The notes: a model not told the origin generated them from the letters alone. A stretch of DNA of 64,000 nucleotides from Candidatus Aldehydirespiratoraceae bacterium (GCA_965198365.1 OZ240617.1:10102-74101); one strand, 5' to 3'; counted from the stretch's first letter, positions 51,051 to 61,293 are shown. Numbers and translations are program-made.

Positions 51051-51429
51051 GCAGACTTACCGAGTTGAAGCAGTCCGATCCGGTGACTGGTGGGCCATCA
51101 CCGTGCCAGAACTCGCCGGGGTTTTCTCCCAGGCCAAGCGCCTCGACCAGGTCGAGTCCCGAGCACGCGAGGCGATCGCCATGATGCTCGACATCGACGA
51201 AACCGTTGTCGGACACCTTGAAATTCATGTCACGCCTCCAGGAACCACAAAAGAACTGCTCGAGACTCTGAAAACGACTGTGACCGCCGCCGCCGAGGCC
51301 GAGACAAAAGCCGCTCGAGTACGTCAGGAGGCAGCACTGGCCCTCCGAGCCGAGGGTCTGCCACTGCGCGATGTCGGGCGACTCATAGGAGTGTCCCATC
51401 AACGCGTCCATCAACTCCTCTCCAGCTAG
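51040..51429 (+). CDS. hicB: HicB-family antitoxin with C-terminal HTH
   Basis: WWAITVPEL.GVFSQ..L..AREAI; RDVG.LIGVSHQRVHQL. Confidence 0.88.
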   Translation: MNSEQTYRVEAVRSGDWWAITVPELAGVFSQAKRLDQVESRAREAIAMMLDIDETVVGHLEIHVTPPGTTKELLETLKTTVTAAAEAETKAARVRQEAALALRAEGLPLRDVGRLIGVSHQRVHQLLSS

Positions 51430-51482
51430 GTCGGCAGGCGGCTCCACATCACAACGTCGGGTTGTTCAAAGCGGCAAGATTG

Positions 51483-52055
51483 TCAGATCCGTTGACCTTC
51501 CAGGCGGGCGAGCCAGGTGTTGACATCGCGACCGGTTCGGAGCCAGACAACTGGCAGCTTGGGCTGGTGTTTCAAGAGGTCGCGTACCCGCGGCTCGTGC
51601 TCTGGGAAGGTTCGCCAAGCCCAGCGGACGATGTGATCTTGATCCGTGAACAGTTTACGAAGCGGCGGCTCTCGGCATCCTTCCCACAATTCGGTCCGAA
51701 GCAGCATCCTCTTGATGGTGCGACGGACCACACGAGCCACAACCAGCCAGCGAGGCAGATCAAGAAACACAAGCAGATCGGCACGTGCGCCGAGAACCGG
51801 GCGGGCCAATTGATACTGCCATTCGGTCACCCACCGCTCCGACCCAGCAAGATCCGCCACATCGCTTTCGAACGACGGACGCGGAACCCAACCAGGCCCG
51901 TGATACAGGGAATCCAGTTCCACGTAAGGGAATCTCAACTCCGCTGCGATGACCGCAGCCACCGTTGACTTCCCGGCGCCACACGCCCCCGCCACGACCA
52001 CGCGGTTCAGTTGCGCAGGTAACGGATCATCCCGCCCGAGTAGTGCCACCCACAA
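51483..52055 (-). CDS. P-loop kinase (adenylate kinase/FlaR-like)
   Basis: [31 protein letters not shown]; start uncertain. Confidence 0.8.
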   Translation of the reverse strand: MWVALLGRDDPLPAQLNRVVVAGACGAGKSTVAAVIAAELRFPYVELDSLYHGPGWVPRPSFESDVADLAGSERWVTEWQYQLARPVLGARADLLVFLDLPRWLVVARVVRRTIKRMLLRTELWEGCREPPLRKLFTDQDHIVRWAWRTFPEHEPRVRDLLKHQPKLPVVWLRTGRDVNTWLARLEGQRI

Positions 52056-52123
52056 AGCGTACGCACCCGCAGCCCGAAGCTGTGATCCTCAAGAGGGTTC
52101 GGCGGGGCAGTAGGTTGGGGGGT

Positions 52124-52561
52124 GTGAGAGCACTGGTGCAGCGGGTGGCAGAGGCACGGGTCCGAGTTTCCGGTGAGGTCGTTGGGGAGATCGGCGCTGG
52201 GTTGTGTTGTCTGGTGGGTGTGACTCACAGCGACGATCAGGAAAGCGCCACAAAGCTGGCTCGCAAACTCTGGCACCTGCGAATATTCGCCGACGCGAAC
52301 GGACACATGAACCTGTCGGTGGCCGATACGAGCGGGGAGGTTCTGGTGATCAGCCAGTTCACCCTCTATGGCGACACCCGCAAGGGCCGCCGCCCGTCCT
52401 TCGTGGCGGCCGCTGAACCAGATCAAGCAGCCAGGTTGATCGACGAACTCTCAGCTGAGTTAAGGCTGCTCGGTGCGGCAGTGGCCACCGGATCGTTCGG
52501 GGCAATGATGGATGTGGAACTGATCAACGACGGTCCAGTGACCCTGATGCTGGAGGTCTGA
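52124..52561 (+). CDS. dtd: D-aminoacyl-tRNA deacylase
   Basis: RALVQRV, LRIF, SQFTL, GRRPSF, FGAMM.V.L.NDGPVT. Confidence 0.95.
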   Translation: MRALVQRVAEARVRVSGEVVGEIGAGLCCLVGVTHSDDQESATKLARKLWHLRIFADANGHMNLSVADTSGEVLVISQFTLYGDTRKGRRPSFVAAAEPDQAARLIDELSAELRLLGAAVATGSFGAMMDVELINDGPVTLMLEV

Positions 52562-52665
52562 ACCGCAAGGGCAGCTGGGAACTAATCTTGGCTTGGAGTC
52601 GTCTGAATGGGAAAGGTGCCAGATCGAAGGCTTACCCGGCCTAGTCCTCTGAAGCGAGGATCCAG

Positions 52666-53478
52666 ATGAGAACCAGAACTGAGAACCAAAAAACCAAGAA
52701 CTCCAGCAAGAGCCGAGTTGTCACCGCCGTTGGCATTCTGATCGCATTGTTGTTCGGATCGACTTGTCAATCGTCTTCGGGTTCAGCGAATTCAGTCCAA
52801 GGCACGGTCAACTACCTGGAGAACCTGGAGTTGACCGACGATGCAGTCTTGCGAGTCAGCCTCCGCGACACGTCATACGCCGATGCAGCGGCCGAACTCA
52901 TCGCTGAGCAGGTCATAACCAACCCAGGTCAAGTCCCGATCAAGTTCAACGTCGAATACGACCCCAACGACTTGGACTCCAGAAACACCTATTCCATATC
53001 GGCGAGAATCATCGAGACCGGGGAGCGCTTGGCTTTCATCAACGACACCGCCTACGACGTAGTCACCAGAGGCAACCCGAGCAGAGTCAACATGTTGTTG
53101 GTCATGGCCACGCCGCCACCTGACCCGACGGGTCAGTGGGATGAGTCGAACTGGCAGACATGGGTGGAAGCAGAAGTCCCGGTGCTCGGGGCAGAGATGG
53201 TCGAGTTCCATCCCGAACCGATACTGCTTGTCGAACATCCCCAATCCACCATGGACGGTTGCGCGCGCCGCGGCAACCAGAGTTTCGAGGTGAGAGGATC
53301 CGACATCTTCGTTTCTGTGACCCTCCAGCAACCACCGCCGACTCCCTGGGCAATACCATGCGACGATGAAGTCGTGACCGTCGAAGAAGTAGTGCGGTTC
53401 GGGGATGCGCTCGTATCCGGGGAGACGTACCGGGTGATCGCCAACGGTGTGGACACAGGCACGGTTACGATCCCCTAG
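52666..53478 (+). CDS. YbaY-family lipoprotein
   Basis: V.GTV.YLE..L..DA.L.VSL.D.S.ADA, GQVPI.F..YDP..Y.ISARI. Confidence 0.8.
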   Translation: MRTRTENQKTKNSSKSRVVTAVGILIALLFGSTCQSSSGSANSVQGTVNYLENLELTDDAVLRVSLRDTSYADAAAELIAEQVITNPGQVPIKFNVEYDPNDLDSRNTYSISARIIETGERLAFINDTAYDVVTRGNPSRVNMLLVMATPPPDPTGQWDESNWQTWVEAEVPVLGAEMVEFHPEPILLVEHPQSTMDGCARRGNQSFEVRGSDIFVSVTLQQPPPTPWAIPCDDEVVTVEEVVRFGDALVSGETYRVIANGVDTGTVTIP

Positions 53479-53481
53479 CAA

Positions 53482-54939
53482 GTGACTGATTCGCCAAGTC
53501 CCTCGCCTGCACCGACGAGACTCCAAAGGGATTTCTTCACTAGGGACTCACTGGAGGTGGCTCCGGAGTTGCTGAACAAAGTGATCGTGTTCGGCGGTTG
53601 CCGTGGCCGACTTGTGGAGGTTGAGGCATACCGGGGAGCCGACGACCCCGGCAGCCACGGGCACCGCGGGATGACCCCCCGCACCGAGGTGATGTTCGGG
53701 CCCCCTGGTCATCTCTACGTCTACTTCACCTACGGGATGCATTGGTGTGCCAACGTCGTGTGCGGTACCGACGGCGAATGCAGCGCTGTGCTGCTACGGG
53801 CCGTCACCCCGCTCGCGGGTTTGGCCGAGATGAGACAGCGCAGGCCCGTGGCTCGACGCGACCGAGACCTGTGCAGCGGTCCAGCCAAGTTCACCTCGGC
53901 TTTCGGTATCGACGGCACCCAGAACGGCGCAGACCTGGTTACCGCAGACGCGGGGATCGAGTTGTTCGACGACGGAACCCCACCCCCACCAGACCCCGGC
54001 CGTTCCACCCGCATCGGCCTCAGCACCGGCGCAGACTTGCCATGGCGCTGGTATGTGAGCGGCTGCGATGACCTGTCGCGCCGAGGTCAAGGTCAGCAAA
54101 TGAGAGTCGGCATCCCAAGCGGTATCCCAACACAGTCGAAAACTCTGGCCGCGCTGCTGGCGTTCTCGCTCGTGCTCGGAGCCTGTGGCGATGACAAAAC
54201 GGTGGTGGGAGGCCCCACAGCGTCGGACGATTCGAGCGAGCTGTCCCTCGACGGGCGGCAGTTCTGGTCTGTGTCAGTGCTCGAAGACGGCGTCGAAAGG
54301 CCATTGGTGGAAGGCACGCGCATCTCGCTGCGGTTCAACAACGGCAACATCGGAGCATCAGCCGGATGCAACTCAATGGGCGGGCCGTACCAAATCGACG
54401 ACAACCAGCAGTTGACAGTAACGGACCTGTCAACAACAGAAATCGGCTGTGACCCGGAGCGTCACGCACAAGACGAGTTCGTAGCGGCCGTTCTCAACGC
54501 CCAACCCCAGCTAACGCTGAACGGCGACTATCTGATACTCGCCACCGACACCGTCCGAATCGAGTTTCTCGACACGGAGGTCGCCGACCCGGATCGTCCG
54601 ATCGTCCAAACACGCTGGGTCGTCACGGGGTTCATCCAAGGCGAAACGGCCACATCGATGAACGTGGACCCCGCTCAGGAAGGCTGGATCGAGTTCAGCG
54701 AAGACTCGCAGCTGACCGGGTTCGATGGTTGCGTCGATTTCAGCGCACCCGTAGAAGTCAGCGACGGTGAAATCCAATTCGGTGAAGTGACCTCTGCGGA
54801 CTGCGCGGAGCCCTCCTCCTACAGCGAGGCCTTCGCAGCCCTGTTCGAGACCGACAACGCCGTATTCTCCATAGACGGCCCGAGGCTGACCCTGCTCAAC
54901 TCCGATGGCAACGGCGTGACCTTCAGAGCCGACGAATAG
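53482..54939 (+). CDS. mpg: 3-methyladenine DNA glycosylase (MPG) in frame with a META/HslJ-domain lipoprotein
   Basis: VEVEAY.G.DD..SH, LYVY..YGMH.C.N, SGPAK, RIG..WRWY; then M at 54100, lipobox LGAC and two META-like repeats (AGCN.MGG.Y, TEIGC). Confidence 0.85.
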   Translation: MTDSPSPSPAPTRLQRDFFTRDSLEVAPELLNKVIVFGGCRGRLVEVEAYRGADDPGSHGHRGMTPRTEVMFGPPGHLYVYFTYGMHWCANVVCGTDGECSAVLLRAVTPLAGLAEMRQRRPVARRDRDLCSGPAKFTSAFGIDGTQNGADLVTADAGIELFDDGTPPPPDPGRSTRIGLSTGADLPWRWYVSGCDDLSRRGQGQQMRVGIPSGIPTQSKTLAALLAFSLVLGACGDDKTVVGGPTASDDSSELSLDGRQFWSVSVLEDGVERPLVEGTRISLRFNNGNIGASAGCNSMGGPYQIDDNQQLTVTDLSTTEIGCDPERHAQDEFVAAVLNAQPQLTLNGDYLILATDTVRIEFLDTEVADPDRPIVQTRWVVTGFIQGETATSMNVDPAQEGWIEFSEDSQLTGFDGCVDFSAPVEVSDGEIQFGEVTSADCAEPSSYSEAFAALFETDNAVFSIDGPRLTLLNSDGNGVTFRADE

Positions 54940-54983
54940 GGTTGACGAATAAGTCACGGAATACTTGGCAGTAAATATGTAAC

Positions 54984-57710
54984 GTGTCGGGAGTGACCGA
55001 CGCATATCTCCAGCAGATCGACACGGCCCTTCGCAACGACATCCGACGACTCGGCACCCAACTCGGGGCGGCTCTGGTTCGTCAACACGGCCCCGAACTG
55101 CTCGAAAGAGTCGAGCAGGTGCGCACGCATGCAAGTCGACTACATCGCAACGGCGAGTCCGGTCCCGACCTCATCGATCACCTCACCGACGTCGATCTCG
55201 TCGAGGCGATCCTGTTGGTGCGGGCGTTCACGGTCTATTTCCATCTGGCCAACACCGCCGAGCAGGTTCACCGCATCGAACACCTCAATGCCAACCCGAG
55301 AACAAGCAACAGGCGCTTCGCCGAAACCGTCGCCAAACTCCAAGCCAGCGGAGTCAAAGACTCCGAAATCATCGATACAACCTGCTCGCTCGACCTGCGG
55401 CCGGTGTTCACCGCCCATCCCACCGAAGCCTCACGCAGATCGATACTCGACAAGCTCGCAGAGATCGCCGTTCTCATTGAGGAGCGCAACGAATCCAGCG
55501 CCGGGACAAGCGACAAGCAGCGCATCGACCGTCGAATCGACGAACTGATCGATGTCATCTGGCAAACCGACGAACTACGCAGAACCCAACCCAACCCGGT
55601 CAACGAGGCACGCTCAATTCTCTATTTCCTCAACGAAATCACAACCGAAGGGGTTCCCGAACTCTTCGACGATATCGACGCGGTTCTGCGCAGCATTGGA
55701 GGAGCACTCAACGAAAACGCACCGGTTCATTTCGGTTCGTGGGTTGGTGGCGACCGCGACGGAAACCCCAACGTCACACCCCAGATCACTCTTGAAGTGC
55801 TCGAGTTCCAACGAAGTCGAGCGCTGCGCATCCTGATCCACGAAGTCGAGCAGCTCTCAGCGGAACTATCGGTCAGCGACATAGTCGCCGACGTATCGGC
55901 TGAGTTGCTCAGCCAACTGGAAGCCGACCGCGCAGCCTTCCCGGCGGTTACCGCACGATTCAACCAGCTCAGCCAAGGCGAACCTTACCGGCGACGCTGC
56001 GGCGTCATTCATCAACGTCTTCAAGAAACCGCTAGCACACCCCCCGGTCCCAACGCCTACAGCTCACCTCAAGAATTCGATGCGGACCTGGCGGTCATGG
56101 GAAGATCGCTCGTTTCACACCGCGGCACCTTGTTGGCACAGGGCCGCCTCGCGCGACTGCGCCGCACCGTGGCAATGATCGGGTTCCACCTGGCCACACT
56201 CGACATACGAGAACACGCAGATGTTCACCATCGTACGCTCAGCGAACTCTTTTCGGCTCTCGGCACCGAATACTCGACCTTGGACCGGTCAGCTCGCATC
56301 GACCTGCTGACAACCGAACTCAGCAGCCGCCGCCCGCTTGCGCCACCAACAGGCCGGACCGGCAGCGGAACGCTCTCCCTCCTAGCGGCCCTGCGCGATG
56401 CCATGAACCAGGCCGGCGACGAGATCATCGGCGTCTACATCGTTTCGATGACCCAGGGAGTTGACGACATCCTGGCTCCCGCGGTGCTGGCCCGTGATGT
56501 CGGGCTCGTCGATCTCGTGGCGGGTGTGGCTCGGCTGGGTTTCGTTCCGTTGTTCGAAACGATCGACGATCTCCGAAATATCGGCACCGTGCTGCGTGAT
56601 CTGCTCAACAACCCGTCCTATCGGCGTCTCTTGGAGTTGCGGGGCAACGAGCAGGAGGTGATGGTCGGCTATTCCGACTCCAACAAGGACGGCGGAATCA
56701 CGACCTCGCAGTGGGAGATCCACAAGGCCTTGCGTCAGATCGCCGAGGTAGCGTCCGAAACCGGCATCAAAATCACCGTGTTCCACGGTCGGGGTGGCAC
56801 TGTCGGGCGAGGGGGAGGCCCCACCAACGCTTCGATTCTCAGCCAGCCCGCCGGAGTCATCAACGGTGCGGTCAAGATCACCGAACAAGGCGAAGTCATC
56901 GCCGACAAATACGGACTGCCCGGACTGGCCCAACGCAACCTCGACCTGGCTTTGTCGGCAGTGCTGGAAGCTTCGCTGGCGCACCGTACACCTCGCCACG
57001 AATGGTCAGCGACGCACAGCTGGAACACGGCTATGGAACTCATGTCGCAACGAGCTTTCGAGTCCTACCGGGAGCTGCTCGAAACTCCCGGGTTCGTCGA
57101 TTACTTCCAGAAGTCGACGCCGGTGGAGGAACTGGCCGACATGAACATCGGCTCACGTCCCGCACGCCGCACAAGTGCCGGAGCCGGCCTTGAAGGACTT
57201 CGGGCTATCCCCTGGGTATTCGGCTGGACCCAATCCCGCCAGATCATTCCGGGATGGTTCGGGGTCGGGAGCGCTCTTGAGGCCGCCCGGTTGGCGGGGC
57301 ACGCTCCCGAACTCACCGCGATGTATGACGACTGGCAGTTCTTCGCGGCGTTCATCTCCAACGTTGAGATGACCCTTGCCAAAACGGACCTTGCGATCAC
57401 CCGTTATTACGTTGACCGCCTCGTACCGCTGGAATTGCATCACTTCTTTGACACCATCGCAGCCGAACACGACCGAACCGTGGCCGAGATCGCCCGAATC
57501 ACCAACCGCGATCTTCTTGATGACCTGCCGATTCTGAAGCGCACGCTGGCCGTGCGCGATGCCTATCTGGACCCGATCAACGTGTTGCAGGTCGAGTTGC
57601 TTGCCCGTTCGCGCGCCGGCCACGACGACGGCCACGACTTGACCCGTCTGCGCCGCGCCCTGCTGCTGACCGTCAACGGCGTCGCCGCCGGCCTCCGCAA
57701 CACCGGCTGA
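54984..57710 (+). CDS. ppc: Phosphoenolpyruvate carboxylase
   Basis: VFTAHPTE, SWVGGDRDGNP, VMVGYSDSNKDGG, FHGRGGTVGRGG, LRAIPW, LRNTG. Confidence 0.97.
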   Translation: MSGVTDAYLQQIDTALRNDIRRLGTQLGAALVRQHGPELLERVEQVRTHASRLHRNGESGPDLIDHLTDVDLVEAILLVRAFTVYFHLANTAEQVHRIEHLNANPRTSNRRFAETVAKLQASGVKDSEIIDTTCSLDLRPVFTAHPTEASRRSILDKLAEIAVLIEERNESSAGTSDKQRIDRRIDELIDVIWQTDELRRTQPNPVNEARSILYFLNEITTEGVPELFDDIDAVLRSIGGALNENAPVHFGSWVGGDRDGNPNVTPQITLEVLEFQRSRALRILIHEVEQLSAELSVSDIVADVSAELLSQLEADRAAFPAVTARFNQLSQGEPYRRRCGVIHQRLQETASTPPGPNAYSSPQEFDADLAVMGRSLVSHRGTLLAQGRLARLRRTVAMIGFHLATLDIREHADVHHRTLSELFSALGTEYSTLDRSARIDLLTTELSSRRPLAPPTGRTGSGTLSLLAALRDAMNQAGDEIIGVYIVSMTQGVDDILAPAVLARDVGLVDLVAGVARLGFVPLFETIDDLRNIGTVLRDLLNNPSYRRLLELRGNEQEVMVGYSDSNKDGGITTSQWEIHKALRQIAEVASETGIKITVFHGRGGTVGRGGGPTNASILSQPAGVINGAVKITEQGEVIADKYGLPGLAQRNLDLALSAVLEASLAHRTPRHEWSATHSWNTAMELMSQRAFESYRELLETPGFVDYFQKSTPVEELADMNIGSRPARRTSAGAGLEGLRAIPWVFGWTQSRQIIPGWFGVGSALEAARLAGHAPELTAMYDDWQFFAAFISNVEMTLAKTDLAITRYYVDRLVPLELHHFFDTIAAEHDRTVAEIARITNRDLLDDLPILKRTLAVRDAYLDPINVLQVELLARSRAGHDDGHDLTRLRRALLLTVNGVAAGLRNTG

Positions 57711-57741
57711 CCGACCCCTGGGCCCTCCGCGATCGCGGGGA

Positions 57742-58290
57742 TTATTCCTTGGCGGGGGGGCGGTAGAACAGGGCTAGTTGGGCGATGGCGGCGGCGACTC
57801 CGCCGACAGCGCTGATCAGCAGTCCGGTAACTCCGTCGAGGTTCTCGATCAGCTCGAGTTCGTAGTCAAGGGAGTATTTTCCGGGGCCGGTTGTGGCTAT
57901 GCCAACGGCGATGATCGCCAGCACGAAGTTGTACTCCCAGCCTTCAGCCACGATGAAGAAGCCGTTGTCGCGATGGACCGTCCATCCGGCTACGACCATC
58001 AGAGCCACAAAGGCGAGCGCAGCCAGCGGGGTGAGCAGGCCCACAGCAAAGAGGAGCCCGGCGCCGACTTCGGTGGAAGCAGCGAGCAGGGCGTGGAACT
58101 TTCCTGGCCGCATCCCCATGGAATTGAACCAGCCCGCGGTGCCTTTGATCTTGCCGCCTCTGAAGAACTTTCCATATCCGTGGGCAGCGAGGGTCAGGCC
58201 GATGGCCACTCGGACGATTAGTGTTCCGAGGTTGAAGCCGTCGATGTCGATGAGGTAGTTCTCGGCTCCAAGCATCAATGCTGATCCCAT
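57742..58290 (-). CDS. DoxX-family membrane protein
   Basis: R..IG..L..HG..K, G.LT..AA, GWEY, GPG.YSLD. Confidence 0.88.
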   Translation of the reverse strand: MGSALMLGAENYLIDIDGFNLGTLIVRVAIGLTLAAHGYGKFFRGGKIKGTAGWFNSMGMRPGKFHALLAASTEVGAGLLFAVGLLTPLAALAFVALMVVAGWTVHRDNGFFIVAEGWEYNFVLAIIAVGIATTGPGKYSLDYELELIENLDGVTGLLISAVGGVAAAIAQLALFYRPPAKE

Positions 58291-58395
58291 TGCGTTCCTT
58301 TGCGTTTCGGATTGCCTTTGCTTTTCTAAGCGACAAGCGTCGGGCCGGCGCCTGATGGCTACCCGCGTCCGGCGTCAGTGTAGAAGACTCAGGCA

Positions 58396-59541
58396 ATGAC
58401 CGTCATACTCGCTGCCGCTTGTCGAACCCCGTTCACCGGAATTGACGGTGCTCTCGCCCGTTGGCATCCGGTTGACCTCAGCGCGTTGGTGATGAACGAG
58501 GTGATCCGCCGTGGTGGCGCTTCTGCTTCCTTGGTTGATGAGGTGTGGGTTGGATGTGCCGAACCGGTTGGCGCGCAGGGTGCGAACATGGCTCGAGCGG
58601 CCGTGCTCAGCGCCGGTTGGCCCCAGCGCATCAACGGAGTCGTGGTCGAGGCGGCGGAAACGAGCGGTTCGGCTGCTTTGCATGCCGCAATCGCTGCGAT
58701 CGCCTCCGGGTCGGTCGGTACGGCGGTTGTGGTTGGGGTGTCGGTCGCGTCGATTGTGGCGCCTGGAGCTTCGGCTTTGGGCCGGGTGTACGGACAGCCG
58801 TGGGGTGAAGGCCCCGCCACACGAGTCGCCGAAGACGGCGGGTTGTTGCCACCACCGAGAACGGCCGATGCGACTGCCGGGCTGCTTGGGATTGATCGAG
58901 CACAACAGGACCTCGCCGCGACCCGCAGCCTTGAGCGCCGCCGAGCCGCCGCGACAACGGGTTTGGTTCCGATCGCAGCCCATCCTGGGAGCCGTCTCGG
59001 AGCGGTTCGCGGAATGTCTGTCACAAGCGACGAACACCGCGGGGTGATCGACGATCCCTCCGAGTTGCCGCCATTGTTCGTGTCTGACGGCACTGTCACT
59101 TCGTACTCGTTTGCTCCACCCGTTGACGGTGCGGTTGCGCTGCTCCTCACTGCTGGGGGTCCTTCCGCCACGGGCCCGGGATTGGCCGATGTGGTCGATG
59201 TGGGGCGCGCTGCGGGCAACCCGCTCGATACCACCGGAGGTGTGGAACTAGCGCTTCATCGTGCGCTTTCAAATGCTGGTACTGACCTGCCCGAGATCAC
59301 TCGTTGGGAGATTGCCGAACGCACCGCCGCCGGGTTCTTGTCGATCTGTCACCGCCTGGAGATAGATCCGATGATCGTCAATCCCGACGGAGGAACACTC
59401 GGCGTCGGCGATGCCGGCGCAGCCGAGGAACTCCGCCTGACCGTCGACGGCGTGCTGAACACGCCCCCCGGCGAATGCATCGCCGCGGTCAGCGCTGGGT
59501 CGACCGGTTCGGCGGTCACGCTGTGGCGTCGCCGGGCGTAG
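58396..59541 (+). CDS. Thiolase-fold protein lacking the catalytic residues
   Basis: AACRTPF, DEVWVGC..QGANMARAA, DGTVT..DGA, VNPDGG.L.G; Cys/His catalytic positions replaced. Confidence 0.75.
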   Translation: MTVILAAACRTPFTGIDGALARWHPVDLSALVMNEVIRRGGASASLVDEVWVGCAEPVGAQGANMARAAVLSAGWPQRINGVVVEAAETSGSAALHAAIAAIASGSVGTAVVVGVSVASIVAPGASALGRVYGQPWGEGPATRVAEDGGLLPPPRTADATAGLLGIDRAQQDLAATRSLERRRAAATTGLVPIAAHPGSRLGAVRGMSVTSDEHRGVIDDPSELPPLFVSDGTVTSYSFAPPVDGAVALLLTAGGPSATGPGLADVVDVGRAAGNPLDTTGGVELALHRALSNAGTDLPEITRWEIAERTAAGFLSICHRLEIDPMIVNPDGGTLGVGDAGAAEELRLTVDGVLNTPPGECIAAVSAGSTGSAVTLWRRRA

Positions 59542-59552
59542 GCTGGCCTGTA

Positions 59553-59804
59553 GTGAACGTGTTGAATGTGATTATCGCGGTGGTAGCGGCATTCCTCATC
59601 ATTCGTATTGGGTTGGCGATGCTACGGGGGCTCGCTCGGCCGGTTCCGGAGCCTCCACCAGCGGGCGAGTTGCGGAAGGTGAAGATCACTTACCGTTGCA
59701 GCATCTGTGGTACCGAGGTTCGTATGACCGTCGCTCCCGACGAGGATCCAGAACCTCCCCGGCACTGTCTTGAAGACATGGATCTGGTGGCTCCGGTCGA
59801 CTAG
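59553..59804 (+). CDS. Small membrane-anchored Zn-ribbon hypothetical protein
   Basis: TM helix, then YRCSICGTE..PRHC.EDM. Confidence 0.65.
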   Translation: MNVLNVIIAVVAAFLIIRIGLAMLRGLARPVPEPPPAGELRKVKITYRCSICGTEVRMTVAPDEDPEPPRHCLEDMDLVAPVD

Positions 59805-59812
59805 ATCGGTGG

Positions 59813-59860
59813 TTTTCCACAGTCTGTGGGCAAATCCGTGGATAATCACACCTGTGTGAT
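59813..59860. promoter_or_regulatory. Three DnaA-box-like 9-mers plus a palindrome upstream of crgA
   Basis: ttttccaca (59813), tgtgggcaa (59825), cgtggataa (59837); atcacacctgtgtgat (59845-59860). Confidence 0.6.
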
Positions 59861-59907
59861 TCAGCGAACAAGGCCCGCCGACCGTCTCAAACCTCTAGAG
59901 TTGCCAC

Positions 59908-60192
59908 ATGTCTGAAAAGCCCGCAAAGCGCCGGGTGTCCGGTGGCAGGGTCACTCCCAAAGGAACGAGACCCGACGGATACACGCCCGACACTGTGTCC
60001 CACACCGGTCAGGACACAATGCCCCCGAGTCCCATGTGGGTTCCGGTGCTCATGTTCGGCCTGCTCGGTGCCGGTATCGCAACCATCCTCGTCAACTACG
60101 TCGGTTCGTTCTGGGACACTTCCAACCCCGTGCTGCTGCTGGGTTTGGGGCTGATCCTGGCGGGCATCATCACCGCAACCCAATACCGCTGA
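59908..60192 (+). CDS. crgA: Cell division protein CrgA
   Basis: PSP.WVPVLMFGLL..G..NY..N..L..G..L..G..TQYR. Confidence 0.88.
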   Translation: MSEKPAKRRVSGGRVTPKGTRPDGYTPDTVSHTGQDTMPPSPMWVPVLMFGLLGAGIATILVNYVGSFWDTSNPVLLLGLGLILAGIITATQYR

Positions 60193-60207
60193 CCCCACTC
60201 GCTTCGG

Positions 60208-60774
60208 CTAGCTGTCGAAGTTCTCCCAGTACCTGCTGGGCATGGGTCCACGCTGGTTCTTGTATTTCGACCGGAGCTTGTCAGAACCGTATGGATGCTC
60301 CGCGGCAGTGGTCATCTGCTGAAATGAGATCTGTCCGATCTTCATGCCGGGATACAGCTTGATCGGCAGATTGGCGACGTTGCTGAGCTCCAACGTCAAC
60401 TGCCCGTCGAACCCGGCGTCGACAAAACCGGCCGTCGAGTGGATCAACAGACCCAAGCGACCCAGGCTCGACTTGCCCTCGAGGCGCGCCACGAGATCGT
60501 CGGGAACCGCGACCCGTTCGAGAGTGCTGCCCAACACGAACTCGCCGGGATGCAGGATGAACGACTCGTCCTCACCGACCTCGACCAACTGGGTGAGATC
60601 GCTGAGGTCCTCCTTCACATCGATATGGCCCATCGTGTGGTTCCTGAAGACCTGAAACAGCCCGTCGAGCCTCAAATCCACCGACGAAGGCTGCAACGCA
60701 GAGGGGTCGAGCGGATCAATGATGATGCGCCCGTTTTCAAGCTGTTCGCGCAGTGTGCGGTCAGAAAGAATCAC
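60208..60774 (-). CDS. dcd: dCTP deaminase
   Basis: [46 protein letters not shown]. Confidence 0.96.
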   Translation of the reverse strand: MILSDRTLREQLENGRIIIDPLDPSALQPSSVDLRLDGLFQVFRNHTMGHIDVKEDLSDLTQLVEVGEDESFILHPGEFVLGSTLERVAVPDDLVARLEGKSSLGRLGLLIHSTAGFVDAGFDGQLTLELSNVANLPIKLYPGMKIGQISFQQMTTAAEHPYGSDKLRSKYKNQRGPMPSRYWENFDS

Positions 60775-60872
60775 TTGTATCCGATCTCAGTTGCCATTCG
60801 ATGGCGACCTTACCCGCGCGCATCACACCATCACACCAAATCGCGCCAAGCATCGTCGCTTCAAGAAATCCT

Positions 60873-61293
60873 CTAGCTCGGACCCTGGCTAATCACGCAC
60901 TTTCCTTGGACCCAAACATCGATGATGTTGGTCGGATCTGATCTGCGCACCAGCTTTTCGAAGATTCGATCCCAGTCGTCGAGGCCGTCCCAAACACCTA
61001 CCGTTGACCCTTCGCCAATGCGCAACGCCACCGCGTCGAACCATCTTCAAGCATCCGCGACGACGTCACAGCCTGTTGGCGTGTGGTGCCTGGGGTTTTG
61101 GTGTTGAGCAATCCCGTCGCGGGTTCATGGATGGAGGCGAAATAGACCGCTGTCGTGGTGCCGTTGCGCAGCAGCGACGGGACCATCGACGCCCAACGCC
61201 ATCATCGTCGATCGTTACGAGATGGTCTTCAAGAACCTGAAGGATGCCCGGCTCAGGCGTCTGCAGAATTGTTCCGCTTACGGTGGTTGGCAT
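60873..61293 (-). pseudogene. guaD: Guanine deaminase pseudogene, internally collapsed
   Basis: Three fragments: N-terminal GTILQTP..LEDHLVTIDDDG; middle LLRNGTTTAVYFASIH; C-terminal WFDAV..IFEKLVR..NIIDVWVQGK. Confidence 0.7.

Noticed and set aside
44040-51430. Integrative element at tRNA-Ala
   Set aside because: Cargo looks accessory, but I found no integrase and no duplicated tRNA 3' end.
59813-59860. Replication origin
   Set aside because: Only three boxes, no AT-rich unwinding element and no dnaA/dnaN nearby.
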